Notes under the pieces: model-generated | Database searches by the model: none | Told to the model about the DNA's origin: nothing | The model's input: the letters and a program-made list of their open reading frames with translations, nothing else | Position numbers and translations under genes: made by a program | In this document: in pieces, positions 47,523 through 57,900 of the stretch | Position numbering within the stretch: the first letter of the stretch is position 1 | Layout: the number at the start of each line of letters is the position of its first letter | From: Spirochaetota bacterium | GTDB taxonomy: Bacteria; Spirochaetota; UBA4802; UBA5550 | Length of the DNA stretch: 64,000 nt | Reading direction: 5' to 3' | NCBI GenBank assembly: GCA_003246895.1 | Contig: QKCL01000013.1 | Span: forward strand, 4,363 to 68,362

Positions 47523-48289
47523 ATTTTCTTCTCCATTGAAGTATATATTTTATTTTCATTATCCTTCAGGTCTTTTTTATAATCAGGCTTGTAGTCCTCC
47601 TGAATCATTTTATCAATTTTATCATTGACCATTTGTTCATTCTTCTTTTTGTCCTTGTCAAGATTCATGGTTTCTCCATAAGCCTTGTACATAAGGAAAA
47701 GATTCTTTTTTGAAAGCCTGTAATAGTAAATGGAAGTTATTAGTTTATAGGCAGGACTGGATTTTTCCTCATTAACATACTTGAAATCGTCATAAATGGA
47801 ATTAGCCTTCTTGTAAGCGTATTTTGCATTATTAAGGTATTTCTCCATAACCATACTTGTGTGCTTGCCGTTTACTTCCATTTCAAGAGTAACCTTTATG
47901 CCTCTCTTAATGCTTTTGTTTAGAAAAGCAGTTGAATCATCACGGTACGACTTTGCAAGACGCCTTGCAACCTTGAAAATTTCCTTTTCATTTTCAGTAT
48001 ACTTTTTTGCAGCCTCGGAAACTTTATCCTGAAAATAAAGAGCACTTGCATCTGCATACTGGTCAATGAGTTTCTGGATCTCTGCATCTCCTCCGCCATA
48101 ATTCATAATGGCAGACCTTAAAAGTTTTATATTTCTGAAATTTTCGTAGCTGAGTCTTTTTACAACAGAAGTGGGCAGATACTTTTCGTTGATCTCCGCC
48201 TGATCAGATCCGCTCTGTGCCATGAGCGGACAAAATGAAGCTGTAAGTATAATAATAAATGATAAAAATGCCGAATTTACCTTAAACAT
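47519..48289 (-). CDS. Secreted hypothetical protein.
   Basis: Signal peptide FIIILTASFCPLMAQ. Lys-rich, 256 aa. Confidence 0.4.
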   Translation of the reverse strand: MFKVNSAFLSFIIILTASFCPLMAQSGSDQAEINEKYLPTSVVKRLSYENFRNIKLLRSAIMNYGGGDAEIQKLIDQYADASALYFQDKVSEAAKKYTENEKEIFKVARRLAKSYRDDSTAFLNKSIKRGIKVTLEMEVNGKHTSMVMEKYLNNAKYAYKKANSIYDDFKYVNEEKSSPAYKLITSIYYYRLSKKNLFLMYKAYGETMNLDKDKKKNEQMVNDKIDKMIQEDYKPDYKKDLKDNENKIYTSMEKKI

Positions 48290-48444
48290 AAATTACCCCC
48301 GCATGACTGCGTTTATATTTTATCTAAAATTACGTCTGTTTTCAGATTTTTTTTATTGAATGTATTATATAGTATTCACTAAATGGAGAAAGTCAAGAAA
48401 AAATGTAATATGCATTATAAAATAGTATTTTACTGGAGATATGG

Positions 48445-49581
48445 ATGAAAATCGCACTTTTGGAATCATCGGGAATCGACAATATAAAAAGAAAAATTTG
48501 CGGGCTCTATGTACTCGAAAGAAACATAATAGTTCTTTCACGGTCCGGCTTTGATAGGGTCATACTTAAACTGTCAGAAGAAGAACTTGATTTTTATGAA
48601 AGAAAGATAAAGAAGCATATTAAAATTTCAGGCTTTGAAGTCGAAGCCGATTTAAAGGCAACAGTGAAAAGCGGATATTATCTGCTACCTGCTGACATCT
48701 TTATACAGCAGCATTACTTTAATGACACAGATAAATACTTTGATAAAAAGAGCGGCAGGTTTATACCGAAAACCACGGATGAGATTTTCAAATTGGAAAA
48801 TGCTGATTCCATTAAAAAGGGAATTGACCTGATATCAAAATATATCATCGAAAACACAGGGGGATTCATTGCCCAGAAAGTGAACAAAAGAGTATCAATT
48901 CCCATAAGCAAAGTTCTCTCAAAAACAAGGATTCACCCCAACTATCTTACTATTGTAAACATGGTAATAGGACTCATGAGTTCATTTATGGTGTTTCTAT
49001 GCACCTATGACAGCTACAGTGTCACCGAGAAATATCTGCTTATGATTATGGGTGGGTTTCTATTCCAGGCTGCATCTGTCCTTGACGGAGTTGACGGAGA
49101 GGTTGCAAAGTTTACCCTGAAGGTCTCAAAACTGGGAGGCTGGCTTGACACATTGAGCGACAATTCGACGCTGCTGCTTTTTTTAATCTCTTCCTCATAC
49201 CTGTATTACACGGTTTTTGGAGGAATAGTTTCTCTCATTACAATAGGTGTTCTTTTCGCAGGCCTTGCCGTAATGCTCGGCATAATGGTAAGTTACCTGT
49301 CAAAATACAGCAATTCAGGTTCACTTGTAGCCTATGACAGGGAATTTCTTCAGAAGCTCCCGGAGAGTGACAGGCTGGTACAGTTTGCATTGAAAATGAA
49401 ATATATTACAAAAAAAGAGATGTTTTCAATATGCTTTTTTGCCATAGGACTTACAGGATATATTTATATGGTAATTCCCATGGCTTCATTTGTTCTGCTG
49501 GCGGCAGCACTGATACTCACGAGAATACATTTCAGGTATATAGGAGAGTTTGCAAAAGAACTGGCAAAATCTAGGAACTAG
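48445..49581 (+). CDS. CDP-alcohol phosphatidyltransferase-family protein with an N-terminal extra cytoplasmic domain.
   Basis: CDP-OH_P_transf motif DGVDGEVAKFT...G..LDTLSD. About 6 TM segments in the C-terminal half. Confidence 0.7.
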   Translation: MKIALLESSGIDNIKRKICGLYVLERNIIVLSRSGFDRVILKLSEEELDFYERKIKKHIKISGFEVEADLKATVKSGYYLLPADIFIQQHYFNDTDKYFDKKSGRFIPKTTDEIFKLENADSIKKGIDLISKYIIENTGGFIAQKVNKRVSIPISKVLSKTRIHPNYLTIVNMVIGLMSSFMVFLCTYDSYSVTEKYLLMIMGGFLFQAASVLDGVDGEVAKFTLKVSKLGGWLDTLSDNSTLLLFLISSSYLYYTVFGGIVSLITIGVLFAGLAVMLGIMVSYLSKYSNSGSLVAYDREFLQKLPESDRLVQFALKMKYITKKEMFSICFFAIGLTGYIYMVIPMASFVLLAAALILTRIHFRYIGEFAKELAKSRN

Positions 49582-50209
49582 ATTTTGCCTTCTTTTTATG
49601 ATCAATGTGTATTGCCCGAACCTGTCTTCTTTTAACCTTTGGAGCGCCCTCAGGATTGTATTTATCCTGAACTTCCTCTATTGGATGATCTACAAGCATT
49701 TTAACCGCCTGTTCAGCCTTGTTAAGAACATCAATGAGTATAAGGTTTTCCTCAAATGTAAAATCCTGCAGGAGAAAAGCCTCCATTGTTGAATCCTCAG
49801 GGCATTGTCCAACCCCCACTCTGACCTTTGCAAATCTTCCTGATTTCAATGCCCTCTCCATTGAATCTACACCTTCATGGACAATATCAGACTGAAGATA
49901 ATCTATTCTCAGCTCACCGAGCTCAAGGGAGGAATCTTCAACTATACAGATAATATCTTTTACATTTATACGCAAAAAAGAGGCAATATAGAGGACAGAT
50001 TCGCCAATGAGGTTAATAAAAGTCTGGGGTTTAAGAAGAACAATATCGTTCTTGTTTATCTTCCCTCTGCCTATTACGGACTTCTTTTTTTTAATCCTCA
50101 CATCTATGTTTTCATTATTGGCAAGAATATCAACTACCTTGAACCCGATATTCTGCCTGTTGTTAGCAAATCTCTCGCCCGGATTACCGAAACCAACTAT
50201 TAATTTCAA
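49571..50209 (-). CDS. pth: Peptidyl-tRNA hydrolase with a basic C-terminal tail.
   Basis: N-terminal LIVGFGNPG motif. TTG start with GGAG 7 nt upstream. Confidence 0.85.
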   Translation of the reverse strand: MKLIVGFGNPGERFANNRQNIGFKVVDILANNENIDVRIKKKKSVIGRGKINKNDIVLLKPQTFINLIGESVLYIASFLRINVKDIICIVEDSSLELGELRIDYLQSDIVHEGVDSMERALKSGRFAKVRVGVGQCPEDSTMEAFLLQDFTFEENLILIDVLNKAEQAVKMLVDHPIEEVQDKYNPEGAPKVKRRQVRAIHIDHKKKAKSSS

Positions 50210-50302
50210 TAGAAACTCCTTTTAATAAATTTTTTACTCACAAAAATTAGAAAGTTTCTAAAATTCATACCGGGGAGTATTATCCTCTCCCCGGAATTAT
50301 CA

Positions 50303-50887
50303 TTACTCAGTTGCAGCAGCCTTGGCTCCTCTAAGTTTTGTTACAGCGGCAATAATGTTTTGAGGATTAGATGTGATTTCGATCTCATCACCATGCTCAA
50401 TTTCTTTAACATGTATTGAATCGCCTGTATCAAGACCGGAAATATCTATAGAGAACTTTGAAGGAAGGTCTCTTGGAAGGCAGATAACTGAAACTTCCCT
50501 TTCTCCATATTTAAGAATACCTCCAAGCTTGACACCCTTAGGAGTACCAACAAGTTCAACAGGAACAATAGTCTTGATCTTTTCTCCCCTTGTAACTTTG
50601 TAAAGGTCAAGGTGGATGTATTCTCCTGTTACTCCGTCTTTCTGATAATCTTTTACATAAGCCATAAGGCCTTCGCCTTCTTTTCCTGCAAGGGCAAGGT
50701 TAAAGATTACACTCTCAGAAATTCTTCCCTTAAAAAGAATAAAAAGATCCTGCTGTTTAACCTGAATGGCTTCAGCCTGACCATGAGAATACAGTACTGC
50801 AGGTACCAATCCTTCATTTCTTAATCTTCTGTTGTTGTTTTTGCCGGTAAGTGTTCTCGACTCTGCTTTTAATACTTTTTCTTCCAT
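50303..50887 (-). CDS. rplY: 50S ribosomal protein L25 / general stress protein Ctc.
   Basis: 194 aa, long Ctc form. L25 N-terminal beta-barrel pattern. Confidence 0.8.
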   Translation of the reverse strand: MEEKVLKAESRTLTGKNNNRRLRNEGLVPAVLYSHGQAEAIQVKQQDLFILFKGRISESVIFNLALAGKEGEGLMAYVKDYQKDGVTGEYIHLDLYKVTRGEKIKTIVPVELVGTPKGVKLGGILKYGEREVSVICLPRDLPSKFSIDISGLDTGDSIHVKEIEHGDEIEITSNPQNIIAAVTKLRGAKAAATE

Positions 50888-50943
50888 TTTGTTTTTTCCT
50901 CTTTTCTTTTACTTTCAGTGTACTGATTCAGTACACCTATCAT

Positions 50944-51885
50944 CTATATAAAGAGTGAACTTACAGATTCACCATTATGTATTCTTCTTATTGCCTCTCC
51001 AAAGAGAGGCGCTATTGAAAGAACTTTCATATTATCCAAACTTTTATCCTCTTTGAGAGGTATTGAATTTGTAAAGATAATTTCCTTAAAGTCAGCTTTA
51101 ACCAGATTATCTCTGGCGTTATCAGATAATACAGCGTGAGAAAACAGGCAGTAAACCTCTTTTGCACCTTTTTCTTTAAGTGCAATGGCTGCCTTTGAAA
51201 TTGATCCGCCCGTATCAACTATATCGTCTATGAGTATACAGTTCTTGTCCTTAACATCCCCGATTACGTGCATTACTGCTGAAATATTTGCTTCAGGCCT
51301 TCGTTTATCAATAATGGCCAGCCCTGTGTCCAGTTTTTTAGCCAGAAATCTTGCCCTGTCAACTCCACCTGCGTCCGGAGACACAACAACGACGTCTTCA
51401 AGATCCAGGGATTTGAGATAATCTATGGCAATTGGAGATGCATAAAGATTATCAACTGGTATATCAAAGAATCCCTGTATCTGATCAGCATGAAGATCCA
51501 TCGTAAGAACCCTGTCCGCCCCTGTTCTCTGAATAATATTTGATACAACCTTTGCAGAAATAGGAACCCTGGGTTCAACCTTTCTGTCCTGCCGTGCATA
51601 TCCGAAATAAGGGATTACAGCAGTTATTCTGCTTGCAGAAGCCCTTAAAGCTGCATCGATCATGAGCAGCAATTCCATTATATTGTCATTTGCCGGATTA
51701 CATGTGGACTGAATAATGAATACATCACTTGACCTTACATTATCATTCAGCTTTACCGATATTTCAGCATCCTTGAACCGTTTTATTTCTACGGGAGAGA
51801 GATTTGTTCCAAGATAATTTGCAATTTCAACGGCAAGCCCCTGATTGGAAGTTCCGCTGAATATCTTTAAAGGATTGGAGTTCAT
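50944..51885 (-). CDS. prs: Ribose-phosphate pyrophosphokinase.
   Basis: PRPP synthetase motifs (RQDRK; PRPP-binding loop DDIVDTGGS). Confidence 0.9.
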   Translation of the reverse strand: MNSNPLKIFSGTSNQGLAVEIANYLGTNLSPVEIKRFKDAEISVKLNDNVRSSDVFIIQSTCNPANDNIMELLLMIDAALRASASRITAVIPYFGYARQDRKVEPRVPISAKVVSNIIQRTGADRVLTMDLHADQIQGFFDIPVDNLYASPIAIDYLKSLDLEDVVVVSPDAGGVDRARFLAKKLDTGLAIIDKRRPEANISAVMHVIGDVKDKNCILIDDIVDTGGSISKAAIALKEKGAKEVYCLFSHAVLSDNARDNLVKADFKEIIFTNSIPLKEDKSLDNMKVLSIAPLFGEAIRRIHNGESVSSLFI

Positions 51886-52622
51886 TGAGTTTCCTCACAT
51901 AATTTTATATATTCTTCCAGTTTTTCCAACTCTTCACGTGTGTTAATACCAGTTGCCTCGACCGAATTTTTCAGAAGCACGGTCTTTACCTTGTATCCAT
52001 TTTTTAAAATAACTGTTAAAACATCAGGAAGATAGTATTCCCCCTGGGCATTTTCAGTATTTATCATTTTAAGAAAACTGAAAAGAAGTTCACTTTTGAA
52101 AATATATGTACCGCTGTTGACCTCTGTGATTTTTTTCTCATCATCACTCGCGTCTTTTTCTTCAACTATACGTTCAAACACCTGACCGTTTCTGACAATC
52201 CTTCCATAACCTGTGGGATTTTCAAGATTCATTGTGAGAACAACAGCTCCCACATTATCATTATCGGCTTCTCCTGCAAGAGCTTCAAAAGTCTCAGGCT
52301 TCAGGAGAGGAACGTCTCCGCATGTTACTATAACATTTCCCGGGAAATTTCTGTAATACTCCTCAGCCTGCATAACAGCATGACCAGTACCAAGCTGCTC
52401 ATGCTGCCAGACATAATCCACTCTGTTGCCGAGGGAGTTAACCACTTCATCTCCTCTATAACCGACAACTACTACAGTTTCATTGACATTTGCTGATTTA
52501 AGGCTATTAATTACATATTCAATGAGGGGTTTACCACATAGAGGGTGAAGTACCTTGGGGAGTTCGGATTTCATCCTGACCCCCCTGCCTCCGGCAAGTA
52601 CTATGGCAGAGATATTTTTAAT
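51882..52622 (-). CDS. glmU: Sugar-1-phosphate nucleotidyltransferase that matches the GlmU N-terminal uridyltransferase domain only. There is no LbH acetyltransferase domain.
   Basis: AIVLAGGRGVRMKSELPKVLH matches the GlmU N-terminus. The longest ORF starts at TTG 52655 inside the tRNA. The likely real start is in-frame ATT 52622, 6 nt after AGGAGA. The exact start is uncertain. Confidence 0.7.
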   Translation of the reverse strand: MKNISAIVLAGGRGVRMKSELPKVLHPLCGKPLIEYVINSLKSANVNETVVVVGYRGDEVVNSLGNRVDYVWQHEQLGTGHAVMQAEEYYRNFPGNVIVTCGDVPLLKPETFEALAGEADNDNVGAVVLTMNLENPTGYGRIVRNGQVFERIVEEKDASDDEKKITEVNSGTYIFKSELLFSFLKMINTENAQGEYYLPDVLTVILKNGYKVKTVLLKNSVEATGINTREELEKLEEYIKLCEETQ

Positions 52623-52644
52623 GACACATCTCCTGGAAATTATT

Positions 52645-52716
52645 CTGAGGCGCAAGGATTCGAACCTTGGGATGCCGAGACCAAAACCCGGTGCCTTACC
52701 GCTTGGCGACGCCTCA
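52645..52716 (-). tRNA. tRNA-Gln (anticodon UUG).
   Basis: Folded by hand. 7-bp acceptor TGAGGCG/CGCCTCA, T-arm CAAGG-TTCGAAT-CCTTG, anticodon stem CCGGG/CTCGG with loop TTTTGGT, D-loop with GG. CCA is not encoded. Confidence 0.75.
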
Positions 52717-52783
52717 ATAATTATCTTTTACGACAACAGAACACATTTTTCAAAATGAGCCGAGTTTGTCAATTATTTTTTGA

Positions 52784-53689
52784 TTAATTGACTATTTTTG
52801 TAATGACCGTCCAGTATTTTTTATTTCTGAATGAATCTCTGAGCTTCTCAGCATCTGCCTCATTTTCAAAAACTGCGAACAAAGTTGAACCCGAACCGGT
52901 CATAAGCGAAAATAACGCACCGGCCTTATCCATTTCATCCCTGATCAACTTCAGCACAGGATGCTGTTCAAAAACCACTTCTTCAAAATCATTTCTGAAA
53001 CATGACTTCCACATTGACATACTACTGAGGCACTGCCTCAGTTCATCCTTTACGGCCATAATACATGGAGCAGGAGCGCCCGTTTTACGGCCCAGCATTC
53101 TGTATGCCTGTCCGGTATTTACACTTATTCCGGCATTAACAAGAAGAACATATCCGTCAGAAACTACGTTTACACCTGTCAGAATCTCCCCCCTGGACTC
53201 TGCAACCGCGGCACCGTCCATGAGAAAAAATGGAATATCAGAACCTGTCTCGGATGCAGCCTGAAATGCTTTTTCGTCTATGGATCTCCCGAGGTGACGA
53301 CAGAGCAGCCTGATTGCAGATGCCGCGTCACTGCTTCCTCCGCCCATGCCTCCCCCTGCGGGAATATTTTTTTCAATTTCAAAAACGATTCTCCCGCCAT
53401 ATCCGGTTTTTTCAAGATACTTTCCCGCGGCAATTGCGATAAGATTTTCCCCCCATGGAATCTCCTCCATGAGATATGAGAATTCAGACTTTCCGGGAAT
53501 TATTTCAATATCAATACATGAAGCACTCTCCGAAAGACTGCATTCTTTTAGAAAGAGTTTATCATGGAGTTCAGTTTTTACCATAATTGAATAGATATCA
53601 TGGAAACCGTCTTCCCTCTTTCCAAGAACTTCAAGGTGAAGATTAAGTTTCGCATTAGCCCGTTCTTCAATGAGCATTTTATCACACAT
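52784..53689 (-). CDS. ispE: 4-diphosphocytidyl-2-C-methyl-D-erythritol kinase.
   Basis: GHMP kinase motif PAGGGMGGGSSDAA. N-terminal KLNLHLEVLGKREDGFHDI. The start was set at an internal Met, and the exact start is uncertain. Confidence 0.8.
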   Translation of the reverse strand: MCDKMLIEERANAKLNLHLEVLGKREDGFHDIYSIMVKTELHDKLFLKECSLSESASCIDIEIIPGKSEFSYLMEEIPWGENLIAIAAGKYLEKTGYGGRIVFEIEKNIPAGGGMGGGSSDAASAIRLLCRHLGRSIDEKAFQAASETGSDIPFFLMDGAAVAESRGEILTGVNVVSDGYVLLVNAGISVNTGQAYRMLGRKTGAPAPCIMAVKDELRQCLSSMSMWKSCFRNDFEEVVFEQHPVLKLIRDEMDKAGALFSLMTGSGSTLFAVFENEADAEKLRDSFRNKKYWTVITKIVN

Positions 53690-53823
53690 ACGCGCACCAT
53701 ATTTAAAATTAACTTGAATTTCAGTTTCCATAGGAATAGTTTAGAAATATGAAAACACAGGCTTTTATCAACTTTTTTTTGCAAATCTCCCAGTCATACA
53801 ATTCAAGACGGAAGGTATTTTAG

Positions 53824-54915
53824 ATGAATGAACCCAACTTTCAGAATTTCCATGAAGCTGTAAAGAAGTACCGTAATATAGTTTTGTATATTCCGGGGTC
53901 ACCCGACCCGGACGCCATGGCTTCAGCATTCGCCCTTCAGCAGCTTCTTAAATATTATTCCATAGACTCGGATATTACCTCGTGCAAGAAGCTTTCTCTT
54001 GCCCAGAACATGGAATTTGCAAAACTTCTCAATATACATCTCAAAGACTGTGCCAGAATATCCCCGGAAAAATATGATGCATACGCTGTTACAGATTATC
54101 AGAGCAACATAATCAAGGATATAACAGGAATTATCCCCTGCGCTATTCATATAGACCACCATGAAAAAGCAGATAAATTCGAGAAATCCGATTTTTCAAT
54201 TATAGACCAGAATTCCGGTTCGGCAAGCACTCTGGTTGCCCTTCTCATTAAGGAGATTAATCCTGACTTTGATATCGAAACAATGGAGCGTGTCGCCACT
54301 GCACTCATATTCGGAATACAGACAGATACGGACAGGTACACCCATACCTCTAACAGGGATATTGAAGCACTGAAATTTCTCACCCCCTTTTCCATAAAAA
54401 AAATAATCAAGCGCCTTAATGTAAAACCCCTGGAGCCTGAGACAATGCTCTGCTACAAGAACGCTCATTCAAACGCAGTAACTTACAAAGACTGGGGAAT
54501 CTACCCTGCAGGCTATATAAGTATAAAACACCGGGATTCTCTGGCAATCGTTGCAGATATCATGCTCAGGGAGTCGGGGCTAAAAACAGTAATAACATTT
54601 GGAATAGTTGAAGATAAAAAAAATGAACAACTAATACTTGATGCATCATTCAGGACAAACAATCCCAAACTTGACCTTGACCGGCTCATAAAGGGCATTA
54701 CGCCTGGCGGGGGAGCAAGAAAATACAAGGGAGCATTCCAGGTTAAACTGGGATACTTTTACGGCATTACAGAACGGGAAAAATTCCTTGATATAGTTGA
54801 AAAAGCCACAGTTGAAAAACTACAGAAAGCAAAGGACGGAAACTATATTCTGGACATAAAGAGTGTCTACAGCGGCTTCATGAAAAAAATTGCATCCTTT
54901 CTAAAAAATCAGTGA
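53824..54915 (+). CDS. DHH/DHHA1 phosphoesterase (NrnA-like).
   Basis: DHH motif IHIDHHEKAD. C-terminal DHHA1-like segment with a GGGH-like GGGAR motif. Confidence 0.75.
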   Translation: MNEPNFQNFHEAVKKYRNIVLYIPGSPDPDAMASAFALQQLLKYYSIDSDITSCKKLSLAQNMEFAKLLNIHLKDCARISPEKYDAYAVTDYQSNIIKDITGIIPCAIHIDHHEKADKFEKSDFSIIDQNSGSASTLVALLIKEINPDFDIETMERVATALIFGIQTDTDRYTHTSNRDIEALKFLTPFSIKKIIKRLNVKPLEPETMLCYKNAHSNAVTYKDWGIYPAGYISIKHRDSLAIVADIMLRESGLKTVITFGIVEDKKNEQLILDASFRTNNPKLDLDRLIKGITPGGGARKYKGAFQVKLGYFYGITEREKFLDIVEKATVEKLQKAKDGNYILDIKSVYSGFMKKIASFLKNQ

Positions 54916-57900
54916 AACCTTTCCTGAAATTTCAAGAGAAAATACTTCACTGGAAAGGGCTCCGTCGTCTCTGCTGTAATAGCGTTCAAGCATGAATGCC
55001 GCATCAAGTTCGCCTTTTACATGTTTATGAAGATTCATCATGAGGCCTGTCTTGAAGTAATACAGGTCATATGGTTCAGGCGACACTGAATTTATATAAT
55101 CATATCTGTTTATTTCTGTCCTGTATTCAATGGAAAAAACAGGAATACCAGTGAGCTTGTAATAGCCCGATAGATAATCAAAGAGCCAGCGTATTTCTGT
55201 ATCATAGAGTATTTTAAACTTATACCCATAATCCTTTTCTTTCAGATCAGCCTGTTCCGCCATATTCTCAATATATATATAATCCCTTTCAGAACTGCCT
55301 GTATCATAATCAATATATTCACGGTCTTTCCTGTGCCTGTAATCAAGAGATCCTCCCAGCACGAGATTGCTCCTTTCCCATTTGAATTCCAGAGACATTT
55401 CAGGCGAAATATTTTTTTCATTTATATTTGAGGTAATAATCTGACTGTCCTTATATGTAAGGCCTATGTTAAGAAAGGAACTATGATGTGATATTCCCGG
55501 TTTGTTCGGCCTGAAAAACCAGAATCCCAATATTTCCATGAGGTCTATTCTTGCTGAAGCGCCCGCATTATATGTAACAATCTGTCCCGGAACACCTTCT
55601 ATATTGGATCTTTCTACTATCTGATTTGCCCCCACATTAAAGTTCATGGTGCCTATGGCTGTTTTAAAATCCGAATTTAAATTAAAATCATCAGCAAGCC
55701 TCAGGGAATTATCGTAATTATCGGGAAGTCCGTAATTCCCCATGTCTATACCGCTGTTCAACCTTCCGTACACAGCGTCCCTTCCCTTTCCGTAGTTGCC
55801 CCTCCCCCTGTAAAAAAAGCCTGGATAATATGTATACAAATCATATACTGCTGGCGACACATCAGACATGACCCTGGAAAGTCCGAACTCTTCATTGAAC
55901 ATTCCTGTTGACTCCCCCTCAAATGGAACACCTGCTTCTGTTACTGTCGCCTTTCTGTTATAATTCAGAGTCACACCTCTCAGATATTTAAGGAGCCCCA
56001 TTCTGCCGAATTTGACGGGAATACTCATATTCATATAAAGATTGCTCAGCGCGCTCTTTGTACGGGAAAAACCTGCTCCCGATGAATATGAATCAAAGTC
56101 ATAATCTTCAAAATCGTATTCACTGTAATCCACTTCAAGTTTGACAACAGGTTTCACATAGAGTGAATCCTTATATCCGACCTCAAGATTCATTACATTT
56201 TTTCTAGCCACATATTTCCCTTCGTCATCACCAAAAAAGGGCACATGAAAGCCTCCCCCCATCGTGCCGTATACGCCATAATCTGTCAGGGAATCGCTCT
56301 TTTCAAGACCGACAAGCTCCTCCAGAGACCTTCTGAAACACGGCTTCACATAAAACCGGCTGTTTGAATAATCGAGATTAAGAGCAAGATCTGTCCTCTG
56401 GCGCTTATCCTGTTCCCTGAGATCCACATATGATGAAAGCACAGATTCTGACAGATCCTGTGAACTTCTTTTTATTGAGTAATCCTTGAAAACAAGCTGC
56501 AGAACCGCATCCGCTCTGAGTCTGCCGGAAAAAAAATTTTCAAGAGTCTGGGTGTACTTCAGGGAAGGGCTGTGTGTCATGCGTCTGTAGTATTCATCAA
56601 AGGATGAACCTGTTATGGAATCATCCCTCTTATTCTCGTAATCATTCAGTGTGTAAGAAAAATTAATTCTGGGGCCCGAAGCACCGGATGAAATGAAATT
56701 TGTAATGAAATTGGCTGTATTGCGCCAGGTTTCCCCCCTGAGATCCTCTGAAACGTCTTCATTTTTACTGTCTGTTTTGAGGTGCTCATTAACAAATTTT
56801 AATGTGGCATCCCAGTTCGGCAGAATCTTCATGCTGGCACTGAACTCCTGGTCCCTCTGGCCAGTGTCATTATTCTCCTTGGCAAGTGAACTGAACTGTG
56901 CGCTGTTACCTTTTATGAGATATTTGATATTCATGTCGGAGATAACCGGTACTCCGCTTCTGGTTCTATAGAGCGGATTTTTGAATTTGATTTCATTCTC
57001 ATACCAGTAGGCGCTGCCCTTGAGCGTCATGGGCTCAGAGACATATATATCATTGAGCCAAATGGTTCCGCTTGTCCCTGCTCCGTAAAATACAACCTTC
57101 AGATAGGTTATCCTCTTGAAATCCGGATCCCCCGTTGTACTGTACACTTCAATATCCCCGTCTGACGTGTCCTTTAACTTAATGGCAAACTGCTCCCAGG
57201 TTCGCAGTATTGAAGGAGAAATTCTGTATTCAGCGTAATCATAGTCCGATGACCCCACTACTATGCCCATGGTTGTTGTGCCCGGAAAGGTCCGTGCATT
57301 CATCCAGAGGTTAAGTGTTCTGTAAAACCTGATATCAATAGGTGTACTGAAAGTTCTTTTTATCGAAACGTTGCTGTTTACCCCGGGAATGTCAAAATCA
57401 ATCTGAAGGGCCGTCTCCCGCTCCTCATTTACTTCGTCGCTGTCAAGATCTCCATAGAGAGATTCATAGACCCCCCGTTTCTCCTTTAAAAATGACTCAC
57501 TTCTGTAGTCGGAATCATCAATGGTGTTTAAAAGAACCGTCTGTATTCTGTCCGAACTTTCCGTGCCGGCGCCGTCCAGTTCCGGATTTCTCCATTTTGA
57601 GCCGACCATTTTGAGCCCGTCCACAAAGAGCCGGCCCTTTGTTCCTGTGCTCTGGACCGCATAGAACCTCAGGGACCTAACCTCCTGAAGCAGTGCAGTT
57701 TCAGTGCTGGAGAGACTGCTCCAGTCAATGTAAACCCTGATTTTCTGCCATGACCCGCTTGAAACAGTTACCGATCCCAGATCAACTGTATAGACATTCT
57801 CTGTGGTATCAAGAGAACCGTCTCCGTCCTGATCCTCACTGTTCAGCTTTCCGTCACCCTTTGTATCACTGCTGAGCCCCGGGCCTGAACCTACAACTGT

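Noticed and set aside
52653-52655. TTG start of the glmU-like ORF as given in the ORF table.
   Set aside because: It would place 11 nt of CDS inside the tRNA-Gln on the same strand. An internal start near 52622 is more plausible.
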